Origin: Pseudomonadota bacterium
GTDB lineage: Bacteria > Desulfobacterota > Desulfobacteria > Desulfobacterales > JBDRRP01
DNA: 64,000 nt
Assembly: GCA_043825735.1 (NCBI GenBank)
Contig: JBDRRP010000009.1
Location: forward strand, 1 to 64,000
Reading direction: 5' to 3'
In this document: in pieces, positions 28,093-37,717 of the stretch
Layout: each line of letters opens with the position of its first letter
Position numbering within the stretch: position 1 is the first letter of the stretch
Position numbers and translations under genes: made by a program
Notes under the pieces: generated by a model
Database searches by the model: none
The model's input: only the letters and a program-made list of their open reading frames with translations
Told to the model about the DNA's origin: nothing

Positions 28093-29196
28093 TCAGCGGC
28101 CGATGCCGGCCAATTTGAGGTGCGCATGCGCCGCACGCAATAGTGCTTCCGTCTCGTTCCAACCCATGCACGCGTCTGTGATGGATACGTAGGGGTCGAG
28201 CGTTTCCCGTGGGGTCTTGCCGTAGACAAAATCCTGCTTGCCTTCCGCCACGTTGCTCTCGAGCATCATTCCTCGGATGCTCTGGTTCGGGGCGATGGCG
28301 ATGCCGTTGGCGTGGCCGATGCGTTGAATCAGTACGTGGTTGAACACTTCCCCCTGTTTCCGGAAGTCCTTGCCGGAGTTTTTGTGGGAGCAGTCCACCA
28401 GGATGGCTGGCAGCAGTTCCGGGTGCTTGGCCAGCTGGGCGCCGGCTTCGGCGATGCTGACAGGATCATAGTTGGGTCGTTTGCCGCCTCGAAGCACCAG
28501 GTGACAATACCGGTTGCCCTTTGAGAACACCCGCGAGGTGACGCCGTAGGGGTCGTTGCCGATAAAGACCTGGGGCGCGGATGCCGCCAGCATGGCGTTG
28601 ACGGCCGTGGCCAGGTTACCGTCGGTGCCGTTTTTAAAGCCCACCGGCATGGAAAATGCGCTGGCCCATTCCCGGTGATTCTGTGATTCGGTGGTCCGGG
28701 CGCCGATGCAGGCCCAGGAGATCAGCCCGGCCAGGCGCTCGGCCGCGGTCTGACTGAGGATCTCCGTGGCGGCGGCCACCCCCATGTCGCTGATGGCCAA
28801 AAGGATTTTACGGGCCTTGCGGAGGCCCTTGTCCATATCATAGGTTGTTTTATCAAGATCCGGGTCGGAGATGAGCCCCTTCCAGCCAACGTTGGTCCGG
28901 GGTTTTTCAAAATAGACCCGCATCACCAGTTTCATGGTGTCGCCCACGTATTTTTGCAGCCCGGCCAGCAGCTCGGCGTAGCGCACAGCCTGGCGCTCGC
29001 TGATAATGGAGCAGGGGCCGGTGACGATCATGAGCCGGTCGTCGTCGCCGGTAAGGATTTCCTGGATCTCCCGCCGGCTTTCAAGCACGGTGCGGGTGGC
29101 GGCCTCCGACATGGGAAATTCCAGCCGCAGCTGATCCGGAGTGATGATGGGGGTTCTATTGGCGACGTTGAGATCGTAAGTTTTTGACATAATCAT
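28093..29196 (-). CDS. 3-deoxy-7-phosphoheptulonate (DAHP) synthase, class I-alpha (AroF/G/H family)
   Basis: 'GPCSI', 'RVYFEKPRT..GWKG', 'IGARTTESQ', 'GFKNGTDG', 'VDCSH' and 'SITDAC'. Confidence 0.95.
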   Translation of the reverse strand: MIMSKTYDLNVANRTPIITPDQLRLEFPMSEAATRTVLESRREIQEILTGDDDRLMIVTGPCSIISERQAVRYAELLAGLQKYVGDTMKLVMRVYFEKPRTNVGWKGLISDPDLDKTTYDMDKGLRKARKILLAISDMGVAAATEILSQTAAERLAGLISWACIGARTTESQNHREWASAFSMPVGFKNGTDGNLATAVNAMLAASAPQVFIGNDPYGVTSRVFSKGNRYCHLVLRGGKRPNYDPVSIAEAGAQLAKHPELLPAILVDCSHKNSGKDFRKQGEVFNHVLIQRIGHANGIAIAPNQSIRGMMLESNVAEGKQDFVYGKTPRETLDPYVSITDACMGWNETEALLRAAHAHLKLAGIGR

Positions 29197-29210
29197 TTTA
29201 CCTTTTTAAT

Positions 29211-29347
29211 TTGATGAAACCGTAAAAAGTGATTTTGAACCACAGAGGACGCAGAGAACCGCAGAGAATATGATTAATAATCAGTCAGTTATCTCTGCGC
29301 TCGCTGCGTCCTCTGTGGTTATTTCGGACTTTTTACATGGCCATCAA
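29211..29347. mobile_element. MITE family B copy (TTGATG..GTAAAAAGT / ACTTTTTAC..CATCAA) with CACAGAG/CGCAGAG inverted arms
   Basis: Aligns by eye with 56267-56403 and with the reverse complement of 51628-51754. Confidence 0.75.
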
Positions 29348-29529
29348 AGTTAGTGAGCAAAAGCAACGCCCCCTGCCTTACAGGACACTTCTCATTTTGA
29401 CAAGCGTCCGGACAACAACCGCGCATTATTGTTTTGTATCACCGGAATTCGCGCTATATGAAAACCTTTCATTTTTCCTGATCCCCGCCGATGACGCGCG
29501 AGGGCGTGGATTATCGACAGGTTGACCGC

Positions 29530-30390
29530 ATGGATTTTGTACCCGATTTTAGATTTCCACCCGCCGACGAAGATACGGCATTGTGGTTCATGTTTGATGA
29601 AGGCCGGCTGCTCACCATTGTTTCCGGCGACAGTCACCGGATTCCTGCCACAGACGAGCTTCCCGGCGGCGGCTTTTTTCCGGCGCAAGGGCTGCCGCTG
29701 GGCCGACTGGACGGACGGTTTTGCATGGCCGGCACATGGCCCCGCGACGCCCCGCTGCCCGAGGGGTCGGCCCTGACCGATCTGCGCGCGCTGTTCGGGT
29801 CCCTCGAGGAGCGCCTGATCTGGGTGGCCGCCGTGGGCAACCAGCTCGAATTCTGGAACCGCAGCCACCAGTATTGCGGCCGCTGCGGACAGCGCACCGA
29901 AGACAAAGCCGACGAGCGGGCCAAGCGCTGCCCCGACTGCGGGCTCGTCAACTACCCGCGGCTCAGCCCGGCCGTCATCGTTGCCGTCATTCGGGACGAT
30001 CAGATCCTGCTGGCACGCAACAAGCGGTTTCGGGCGCCGTTTTTCAGCGTGCTGGCCGGTTTCGTCGAGCCGGGAGAGACCCTGGAGGCCTGCGTCGAGC
30101 GGGAAATCTACGAGGAGGTGGGAATCCGCGTGGGCAACCTGCGCTATTTCGGAAGCCAGCCATGGCCGTTTCCCGATTCGCTCATGGTCGCCTTCACTGC
30201 CGACTATCGCGATGGGGAAATAACCGTGGACAACAGCGAGATCGCAGAGGCAGCCTGGTTCACCCGTGATGCCCTGCCCCAGGTGCCGCCCAAGATCAGC
30301 ATCGCCGGGCAGTTGATCGACTGGTTTGTGAATGTGAACCATGAAGGACACGAAGTGCACGAAGAAAAACTAAAAAGCAAGCGACTGTGA
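29530..30390 (+). CDS. nudC: NAD(+) diphosphatase
   Basis: Zn ribbon 'YCGRCG...CPDCG...YPRLSPAVI', Nudix box 'GFVEPGETLEACVEREIYEEVG' and 'SQPWPFPDS'. Confidence 0.95.
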   Translation: MDFVPDFRFPPADEDTALWFMFDEGRLLTIVSGDSHRIPATDELPGGGFFPAQGLPLGRLDGRFCMAGTWPRDAPLPEGSALTDLRALFGSLEERLIWVAAVGNQLEFWNRSHQYCGRCGQRTEDKADERAKRCPDCGLVNYPRLSPAVIVAVIRDDQILLARNKRFRAPFFSVLAGFVEPGETLEACVEREIYEEVGIRVGNLRYFGSQPWPFPDSLMVAFTADYRDGEITVDNSEIAEAAWFTRDALPQVPPKISIAGQLIDWFVNVNHEGHEVHEEKLKSKRL

Positions 30391-30396
30391 AGACCC

Positions 30397-31281
30397 TTGG
30401 AATTCAAGGAAAATAAAAACGCCCGGGTGCAGATGGATGCGGCCGTTGCCGGGCCACTGTTCATGCTCTCGGCCGCCCTGCTGTATACCGCGCTCAATGT
30501 GTTCGTTAAACTGCTGGGTCCGGCCTTCAGTGTCTGGCATATCGGGTTTTACCGTTTTTTCGGCGGCCTCCTGCTGTTGCTGGTCATCTTCGGCCGGGGG
30601 AAAAACCCTTACAAGGGGCATAACCCCCGGTTGCTGTTGCTGCGGGGCGCCGTCGGCTCCGTGGCATTCATCTGCCTCATCACCGCCATCCGAACCCTGC
30701 CCCTGTCAACCGCGCTGGTCATCTTCTATTCCTACCCGGTGTTTTCCGCCATTTTTTCCTTTTTCATCTACGGGGAGCGGATCGGCCCCCGCCAGATGGC
30801 GTGCATTGCCGTTGTGGTCACCGGTGTCGGCGTGCTTTTTGATTTTCACCTGGCCGGAGGGCTGCTGGGGCAGAGCCTGGCGATTGTGGGCAGCGTGTTC
30901 GCCGGGATCACGGTGACCCTGATCCGGTCGCTCCGGGAAAAGAACGGGCCGGTGATCATCTATCTGTATTTTTGCACCATGGGGGCCGTGCTCACCACGC
31001 CCTATTTTATTTCTCACCCGCTGCTGCCGGCATCCCCGATGGAATGGGCCATGATCCTGGGCATCGTTTTCACATCGGTGACCGCGCAGCTGCTCATGAA
31101 TCAGGGGTTTTTCTATTGCCGGGGATGGGAGGGCGGTGTGTTCATGTCCAGCGAGGTCATCTTCACCGCTGTGGTGGGCATCGCGTTTCTGGGAGACCCG
31201 TTCGGTCCGCGACTGCTGGTCGGCGGGGGCATGATCTTCGGTGCGGTGGTGGCCCTCAACCGGTTTCGGGCGAAGGGATAG
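30397..31281 (+). CDS. DMT/EamA family transporter
   Basis: About 10 TM helices in two EamA repeats ('FYRF', 'GERIG'). Confidence 0.85.
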   Translation: MEFKENKNARVQMDAAVAGPLFMLSAALLYTALNVFVKLLGPAFSVWHIGFYRFFGGLLLLLVIFGRGKNPYKGHNPRLLLLRGAVGSVAFICLITAIRTLPLSTALVIFYSYPVFSAIFSFFIYGERIGPRQMACIAVVVTGVGVLFDFHLAGGLLGQSLAIVGSVFAGITVTLIRSLREKNGPVIIYLYFCTMGAVLTTPYFISHPLLPASPMEWAMILGIVFTSVTAQLLMNQGFFYCRGWEGGVFMSSEVIFTAVVGIAFLGDPFGPRLLVGGGMIFGAVVALNRFRAKG

Positions 31282-31299
31282 GGACGCGTGCTGAATTTG

Positions 31300-31580
31300 A
31301 AACACGAGAACACGAAGTGCACGAAGAATTCTAAAAGAACAACACCAGAACACCCTTTTCGCGCATCAGGCTACGCTCTGCGAGCTATGCCCTGACAAGG
31401 CGGCGCCGAGGCGCAGAGAAAAACAGGGAATGCGCCCTGCGGGCGACGATAGCCGCTTTTTTATCGGCGTTCATCGGCGTTTATCCGCGTCCCATTCTGC
31501 AGTTGCTGTTCGGCCGCAGGCCGTACCCCTCGTGGTATTAATCTGTGAAAATCTGTGCAATCTGTGGATAAACGATCTCT
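31300..31580. repeat. Composite intergenic repeat block
   Basis: CACGAAG 9-mers, 'tctaaaagaacaacaccagaacacc' (near-identical at 14146), 'atcggcgttcatcggcgtttatc' and 'aatctgtgaaaatctgtgcaatctgtgg'. Confidence 0.65.
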
Positions 31581-31621
31581 TTGCCGTTACGCGCTTAGGT
31601 CTTGCCAAGAGCCACCAACCA

Positions 31622-32371
31622 TTACAGCCGAATATACACATACCCCCCACTCCGGTAGCCGAAGGGCCGAAAGACGTGATGGTAGTCGCTGGCAAGGCCT
31701 TTGTAGAACGTGTCGAAGGAGACGCGGTAGGGATAGGGCTGGTCAGGGTCTACATCGAGCACCGTGACCTCACCGGTGGCGGTGTCAAAGGCCCCTATCG
31801 GTGAAATGTGGGGGATGTTGAGTTCCGGAACGTATGCCCCCTGATCGAAATGAGCGATGATCAGCCCGGTCCCCCGGCTGTCGAAATCGGCCAGCCGGCG
31901 TTTCAGGGCGGCCTTGATGGGGCCGGCGCTCGGTTCCTTGACGGTCTGAACGATGTCGATCTGGCGGACATCCAGATGATAGGCTTCCATACTGCGGGAA
32001 ACTACCTCACCCAGCAGGGGCAGCGGCAGACCGCGCCGGCCGTTGTCTCCTTCCGGACTCATGCGCGCTTTCCAGTTGGCCGCCGTCACCGTTTCCAGAA
32101 TGTCCATTTGCCTGATCGGCGGACCGCCGTGGCCCTGGAGCGTGCGGAGGGCGTTGATCACCGCAGCTACGGAGGCCACGGAGCAGGATGATGCATTGTA
32201 CTGCTTGACGTGGTGGGCCCACAGGGCGGCCTTCAGCGCGTTTGTCCCTTCCGGGGGCGGCGCGTCGGCGGCGACCGCGCCGTTTTTACCGAAGGCCCCG
32301 GTGCTGGTTATGCGGCGCAGGCCATAGGGGATCTTGAGAATGGCGCGCATGATGACGAGGGTCAGCCGCAT
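31622..32371 (-). CDS. Phytochelatin synthase family protein (papain-like, catalytic domain only)
   Basis: 'QYNASSCSVASV..VINAL' (Gln/Cys), 'PHISPIGAFD' (His) and 'VLDVD' (Asp). Confidence 0.8.
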   Translation of the reverse strand: MRLTLVIMRAILKIPYGLRRITSTGAFGKNGAVAADAPPPEGTNALKAALWAHHVKQYNASSCSVASVAAVINALRTLQGHGGPPIRQMDILETVTAANWKARMSPEGDNGRRGLPLPLLGEVVSRSMEAYHLDVRQIDIVQTVKEPSAGPIKAALKRRLADFDSRGTGLIIAHFDQGAYVPELNIPHISPIGAFDTATGEVTVLDVDPDQPYPYRVSFDTFYKGLASDYHHVFRPFGYRSGGYVYIRL

Positions 32372-32659
32372 GAGAGGTCTCCATTGCCTGGTGCCGTTTC
32401 AACGTTCTGGATGATGCCTGTTGAGGTTGAAAATACTACCTTGAGCCGCCCTGTGGGGCAAGAACCTTCTCGCGCGATAAGGGCCGGGATTCGCTGCATC
32501 AGCCAGCGGAACGACAGTCCCGGGTTTTTGTCTGTTGCATCGTTACCGTCACCTCGGGTACTGTCGGTGCGCTGTTGTCGCGACGCGCGGCGCCATGCCG
32601 GGAAAACGAATGCCGCCATCTTGAAAAGGAAATCGGCCTTGAACAGGGGAGCCAACTCA

Positions 32660-33595
32660 GTGATTGCCCGCCGCGACCGGCTGGACCTGCCGGCCATGGC
32701 GATCCTGGTCGTCTGCTGCGCTAGTTGGGGGCTCCAGCAGGTGGCCATCAAGGTGGCCATTGCCGGCGTCTCACCGGTGCTCCAGGCGGGCATCCGATCC
32801 ATTGGCGCCGGTGTGCTGATCTGGCTGTGGATGGCAGTGCGGCGGCAGCCACTGTTTGAACGGGACGGCACGCTCTGGTGGGGTCTTGCCGCAGGGGTTG
32901 CCTTTGCCGGCGAGTTCGCGCTGGTCTACTGGGGGCTGACGTTCACAACAGCGTCGCGAACGGTGATATTTTTATACACCATGCCGTTTTTCACGGCTGT
33001 GGGCGCCCACTGGCTCATTCCCCACGAGCGCCTTTCACCGCCGAAGATCGTGGGGCTCTGCCTGGCGTTTGCCGGGGTTTTCCTGGCGTTCCGGGACGGC
33101 CTGACGGGCTCTGCGGACCGGATGCTGGCGGGCGATGCAATGGCCCTGGGAGGGGCCGCCATGTGGGCACTGACCACCATCATCGTCAAAGCGAGCCGCC
33201 TGACGGCCATTGCACCGGCCAAGACCCTGTTTTATCAACTGGCCGTATCCGCGGTGGTGCTGCCGGTGGTTGCCGTCTTTCTGGGCGAGTCGGGCGTCGG
33301 GCGGATCACACCCCTTATTGCCGCGAGTCTGCTTTACCAGGCCGTGTGGGTGGCCTTTGTCACCTATCTTGCCTGGTTCTGGCTCATTCAGCACTATCCT
33401 GCGTCCCGTTTGGCCGCGTTCGTTTTTTTCACGCCCCTTTTCGGGGTGCTCGCTGGGGCGGCGCTGCTCAACGAGCCCCTCACCCTGTCGCTGCTGGCGG
33501 CGCTCAGTCTCGTGGCGGCAGGCATTTATCTGGTGAACCGTAAGGGGCGATTGCACCCGGCGCCCGAGGGCTGCCAGCGCCCTGCCGATCGTTGA
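32660..33595 (+). CDS. DMT/EamA family transporter
   Basis: 'SWGLQQVAIK', 'FLYTMPFF' and 'FFTPLFGV...LNEP'. GTG start after GGGGGAG. Confidence 0.88.
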   Translation: MIARRDRLDLPAMAILVVCCASWGLQQVAIKVAIAGVSPVLQAGIRSIGAGVLIWLWMAVRRQPLFERDGTLWWGLAAGVAFAGEFALVYWGLTFTTASRTVIFLYTMPFFTAVGAHWLIPHERLSPPKIVGLCLAFAGVFLAFRDGLTGSADRMLAGDAMALGGAAMWALTTIIVKASRLTAIAPAKTLFYQLAVSAVVLPVVAVFLGESGVGRITPLIAASLLYQAVWVAFVTYLAWFWLIQHYPASRLAAFVFFTPLFGVLAGAALLNEPLTLSLLAALSLVAAGIYLVNRKGRLHPAPEGCQRPADR

Positions 33596-34017
33596 CCGGG
33601 GAGGGGGTTAACAGACCGGGAAATGTCATTTTCGGTTTCTTTGGGTTAAATAATTCCGAAAACCCTTGCCAAATGAATATCCCTGCTATAAGTTATCTAT
33701 CCGATGCACTGAGCGTCTCGAGCCTGAGGAAGCCAGCACCCCCGCCGTCAGAGTTTCCGCCATATGGCTCATAAATCCTTCTTTATTGCGATTTTTCATA
33801 ACGCACTCGGCACTGTCCTTGGATAGTTGCAGTGGAACCGAATGAGGGACAACGGTTTCGGATTGCCGCAACCATCGGCAAACCGGACTGTACCCATGCA
33901 ATAAAGACAGGTTCACCGTAATCACCCGGTTTTTTTAACAACGATGGTCTGCCTGAAAGCAGAACCGTATTGCAGGACCTTAAGGGGGCCCTGCAAACAA
34001 GCACCAGAAAGAGAGAA

Positions 34018-34179
34018 ATGGAAGAGTCGAAGAAAAAACAGATTGAACTTAAATGGCGTCGCATGATCGAAGCCGCCAACCTGAATTCCGAAAAAACCTC
34101 GCGTCCTAATCAGGACACGCCCGGAGAAGTCACGGTCATTCGTCGCCGGAAACGGCGGATCGTAGACTCCGCAGCCTGA
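34018..34179 (+). CDS. Small basic hypothetical protein (53 aa)
   Basis: MEESKKKQIELKWRRMIEAAN...VTVIRRRKRRIVDSAA. Purine-rich upstream sequence and protein-like composition. Confidence 0.4.
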   Translation: MEESKKKQIELKWRRMIEAANLNSEKTSRPNQDTPGEVTVIRRRKRRIVDSAA

Positions 34180-34466
34180 CAGTGCTCCCGCACAAACGAT
34201 GTCTGCAGTGAGAACCGCGTCTGATTGTTTCACCACTCCAAACACGTTGCGCTATATTGACGCGTAAAAGGTCGTTGATGACGCTTTGTCCGGGGCCGTG
34301 GTTACAATCAAAAGCCGTTTGCGCTTGAAGTGGTCGTTCACGGTTTCTTGATTTACACTTTATAATCACCGCAAAGCTGTTTATGATGGCAACACGCAGT
34401 CGATCTGCGTGTTGCGCGATGGGCGCTTGAGCGGTACCATCCTTTACCCATTTTCGGAGCAGCGTT

Positions 34467-34568
34467 ATGGCCAAGACAACCGATACTCGCAAAGACACCA
34501 AGAAAAAACCCGCCATGACCCCCAAAGAAAAAAAGAAGGCCAAGCAGGAGAAGAAAAAGTCCCAATAA
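34467..34568 (+). CDS. Small Lys-rich protein (33 aa), absent from the ORF track
   Basis: MAKTTDTRKDTKKKPAMTPKEKKKAKQEKKKSQ*. GGAG RBS upstream and an inverted repeat downstream. Confidence 0.7.
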   Translation: MAKTTDTRKDTKKKPAMTPKEKKKAKQEKKKSQ

Positions 34569-34664
34569 AATGCGCGCGCGGTGTTGCAGTATGCACGCCG
34601 TGGCCTCATGCTTTGGGTTGCCGCCGGTGGTCGCTGGGTAGCGGCGGGGGCGGGCGCGCATTTT
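34567..34664. terminator. Long inverted repeat between convergent genes (possible bidirectional terminator)
   Basis: AAAATGCGCGC ... GCGCGCATTTT. Confidence 0.4.
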
Positions 34665-34691
34665 ATATAGAGATATCCGCTTTTTCTGCGG

Positions 34692-35744
34692 CTAACGCCG
34701 TAGAAAGCCTGACGGGGTGTGAATTACCGTCAGCCCCTCGTCGATGAGATCCAGTACGCGCTGTTTTTCTTCCGGAAACCGGTAGCCCTCGTAGCTGTGA
34801 GTGAAAAGATAGTCCCCTCGGCGGCCTTTCCAGTAATTGCCGGCGTGATCGAAGCAGACGCTGGAGTTGACCTCCAGGGCGCCGATCATCAACCGCAGTT
34901 CCTGGAGCTGCTCGGCGGGGCTGAGCGGTTGAAAGGTGCCTTGACGCATCATGTCGCCCAAGGGCGTTCCGGGGACGGCGCGGAAGGGGCGCGAGCGGAT
35001 GTAGTGGGGGTTAATGGCGCTGAGCACCCGAGCCGTGTTTACGGCGTGCTGGTCGCTCATGGCCTTTCCTCCGAGGCCGGGCATCCAGTATTCAGACAGT
35101 TGGAACCCCGCGGCCATGGCTTTTTTTCCCGCTGTGATGTGCCCGTCCGCATCGACTCCCTTTTTGATGACTTTCAACAGCGCGTCGTCGCCGGTCTCCA
35201 GCCCCAGGTGGAGGCGGTCCAGACCGGCGTCGCGAATGGCCGCCAGTTCCTCTGCCGATTTGCGTGCCACGGTGTGGGACCGGCCGTAGGTCGTGACCCG
35301 GCTCAGCGATGGAAACGTGCTGCGCAGGTACTCGAGTGCTGCCACCAGATCCGCTGTTTTCATGATCAGACTGTTTGCGTCCTGGATAAATGCGGTCTTT
35401 GAACCGGCCTGAAGCCACTGAACCACCATGGCCGTGCCCGGGTGGTGGTTCAAATCCGGCGACTCGCCGAGCAGGGAGATGACGGCGCGGTGGGTGATGG
35501 CGCCGCCGTCACCCACCTGCCGCGAATGCCGGCGCAGTGACTGGCAAAGGGCGTCGATGGCGTCGATGTCTTTTTTGATCTCCGCCAGGGGCCGTATCTC
35601 GAATCGCTCGGTTTTGTACATGGCGCAAAAGCCGCAACGGTTCCACGGGCAGTTGCGCGTGAATCGCAGCAGGAGCGAAAAGCTGCCGCCTTCGCTAGGC
35701 GGTCGATAAACACCGGTTTCGAAAGGGTATGGTAACTCAGTCAT
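34692..35744 (-). CDS. Radical SAM protein of unknown function
   Basis: 'YRPPSE', 'NCPWNRCGFCAMYK' (CX4CX2C variant), 'GLETGDD' and 'DHAGNY'. Confidence 0.88.
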   Translation of the reverse strand: MTELPYPFETGVYRPPSEGGSFSLLLRFTRNCPWNRCGFCAMYKTERFEIRPLAEIKKDIDAIDALCQSLRRHSRQVGDGGAITHRAVISLLGESPDLNHHPGTAMVVQWLQAGSKTAFIQDANSLIMKTADLVAALEYLRSTFPSLSRVTTYGRSHTVARKSAEELAAIRDAGLDRLHLGLETGDDALLKVIKKGVDADGHITAGKKAMAAGFQLSEYWMPGLGGKAMSDQHAVNTARVLSAINPHYIRSRPFRAVPGTPLGDMMRQGTFQPLSPAEQLQELRLMIGALEVNSSVCFDHAGNYWKGRRGDYLFTHSYEGYRFPEEKQRVLDLIDEGLTVIHTPSGFLRR

Positions 35745-35878
35745 TTGTATCCCCTGTGTGTTTCAATACGCGAGTTGGTCTCTATGCAAAGGGATATTGA
35801 ACCCCGGAGTCTCGTCGATATCCGGATTTCAATTTAATGATCAATTCACAATTCTCAAGTTGGGGTTCCGGTTGTTTC

Positions 35879-35904
35879 GTAGGGGAGGGGTTTACACCCC
35901 TCCC
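35879..35904 (+). repeat. GTAG-type REP palindrome
   Basis: GTAG-GGGAGGGG-TTTACA-CCCCTCCC, a perfect 8-bp stem after a GTAG tetranucleotide. Confidence 0.6.
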
Positions 35905-36054
35905 GCAAACTGTAAAGATTGTCTCAATCGCCGATTGAAACGGAAACCCGCCCCCTGCTATGGTAAGGCTTTGTCAGGGTTCTATCCCAAATTTATGTTT
36001 GTGAGAAAAGGCTATGGTTGCGACTTCAGAAGATCGGGCGAGGCTTTAAGGGAA

Positions 36055-37008
36055 ATGGCAATGGAAACGCTGACAGTAGGTATCGCGCAGATGGCTCCCG
36101 TCTGGCTCGATCGGGGGCGGACACTGGAAAAAGTGATCGCCTATGCAGAACAGGCCGCCAAAGAAGGCTGCCAGCTCGTGGTGTTCGGCGAGGCCCTGCT
36201 GCCGGGATACCCGTTCTGGATAGAGCTGACCGACGGAGCGCGGTTCAATTCACGACGTCAGAAGGAGATCCACGCGCACTACATGGATCAGGCGGTGCAA
36301 ATTGAGGCCGGTCATCTCAATCCCCTTCGCGCAGTCGCTCAGAAAAACAAAATTTCCGTCTATCTCGGGTGCATCGAACGGCCTTCGGACAGAGGCGGCC
36401 ACAGCCTCTACTGTTCTCTCGTCTACATCGACGCCGAAGGCGCTGTCGGTTCGGTTCACCGAAAACTCATGCCCACCTACGAAGAGCGGCTCGCCTGGTC
36501 TCCCGGCGACGGTCACGGACTCCGGGTCCATGCCATGGCACCGTTCACGCTGGGGGGTCTCAACTGCTGGGAGAACTGGATGCCGCTGCCGCGGGCGGCC
36601 TTATACGCTATGGGGGAAGACCTTCACGTGGCGGTATGGCCGGGAGGCATTCACAACACGGAGGACATCACCCGCTTCATGGCCAGAGAGGGGCGCTCGT
36701 TCGTAGTGTCAGCGTCAGGGCTCATGCGAAAAGAGGATTTTCCCTTGGACACTCCCCACCGGGAGGCCATTGTGGCGGCATGCCCGGATGTCCTGGCTAA
36801 CGGCGGCTCCTGTCTGGCTGGCCCCGACGGCGGGTGGGTGATTTCCCCTTGCACGGGGGAAGAAAAACTGCTGGTTGCGCTCGTCGACCACCGGCGTGTA
36901 CGCGAAGAGCGCCAGAATTTTGATCCTGCCGGGCACTATTCACGACCGGATGTGACCCAGCTTATCGTAGACCGGTCGCGGCAGAGCACCCTGTCCCTTG
37001 AAGAATAG
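36055..37008 (+). CDS. Nitrilase / carbon-nitrogen hydrolase
   Basis: E-K-C triad: 'FGEALLPGYP', 'HRKLMPTYEER' and 'LNCWENWMP'. Also 'DPAGHYSRPDV'. Confidence 0.93.
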   Translation: MAMETLTVGIAQMAPVWLDRGRTLEKVIAYAEQAAKEGCQLVVFGEALLPGYPFWIELTDGARFNSRRQKEIHAHYMDQAVQIEAGHLNPLRAVAQKNKISVYLGCIERPSDRGGHSLYCSLVYIDAEGAVGSVHRKLMPTYEERLAWSPGDGHGLRVHAMAPFTLGGLNCWENWMPLPRAALYAMGEDLHVAVWPGGIHNTEDITRFMAREGRSFVVSASGLMRKEDFPLDTPHREAIVAACPDVLANGGSCLAGPDGGWVISPCTGEEKLLVALVDHRRVREERQNFDPAGHYSRPDVTQLIVDRSRQSTLSLEE

Positions 37009-37135
37009 AACCTATCTCAAAAAACGGATTTTTGGTTCAGATCAAGGCGAAGGTAAGCATCAACCCGCAGGATGGGTGTATTTTGAAAACTTGATGCGCG
37101 GCTTCAACACCGATATGGGCCAAAAAGACTTTTGC
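37006..37135. mobile_element. Degenerate MITE family A-related copy, reverse orientation
   Basis: 'ttttggttcagatcaaggc' and 'tgggccaaaaga' match reverse complements of the 26459-26747 sub-termini. Confidence 0.5.
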
Positions 37136-37379
37136 GGTTTTCTACGTTGCTCCAGTGACGCAGTGAACCCCGCTGTTCAAGGATCAACGGACCGATCCAC
37201 CTTGCTGCTGTGAGATGAAGCGGCTTGTCGGCAGCAAACCATCGAAATCGAAACGCCTTTGGGGGCGCGGGCAGGCCCACAGTGGCATTGGGTGCCTGCC
37301 GATACGCGCCTGACGGCCTGACCGTGCAAATCGATTTCGATACCGATTTCGAGAAAACAACCAGTGAAAAGGCTGGCAA

Positions 37380-37656
37380 ATGAACAACGATCTGAAAACC
37401 ATGGCAGGACAAGGGGTTCTCGGCTACGTAATTTTTGCCGTGGCCCTCGTTTGCACGATCGTTTCGGAGTTGGCGTTTACTTTCTATATCAGCAACTACG
37501 GGCTCTCCAATCTGCATGCATTGCAAGAAAATCCGTGATGACGGGGGGTACTGGAATCAGTTGGAAAAATATATTCATGACCATTCAGGCGCCGAGTTCA
37601 GCCACAGCGTCTGTCCTGAATGCCTGAAGCGGCATTACCCGGACTACGAGCCGTAG
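37380..37656 (+). pseudogene. Collapsed remnant: MASE3-like membrane segment fused out of frame to a C-terminal 'PICxxCKKIRDD..HxxCPEC' domain
   Basis: Frame A '...SELAFTFYISNYGLSNL' switches near 37507 to frame B 'PICMHCKKIRDDGGYWNQLEKYI...FSHSVCPEC'. Confidence 0.65.
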
Positions 37657-37717
37657 CGGTTGCAGCGGTACCTGCCAACTTGAACTCACATTCCATCGAT
37701 AATTGAGGGGAGGCAGC

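Noticed and set aside
34692..35744. Non-canonical CX4CX2C radical SAM motif as a novelty
   Set aside because: To my knowledge this spacing is normal for the 'RPPSE' radical SAM subfamily, so it is not specific to this locus.
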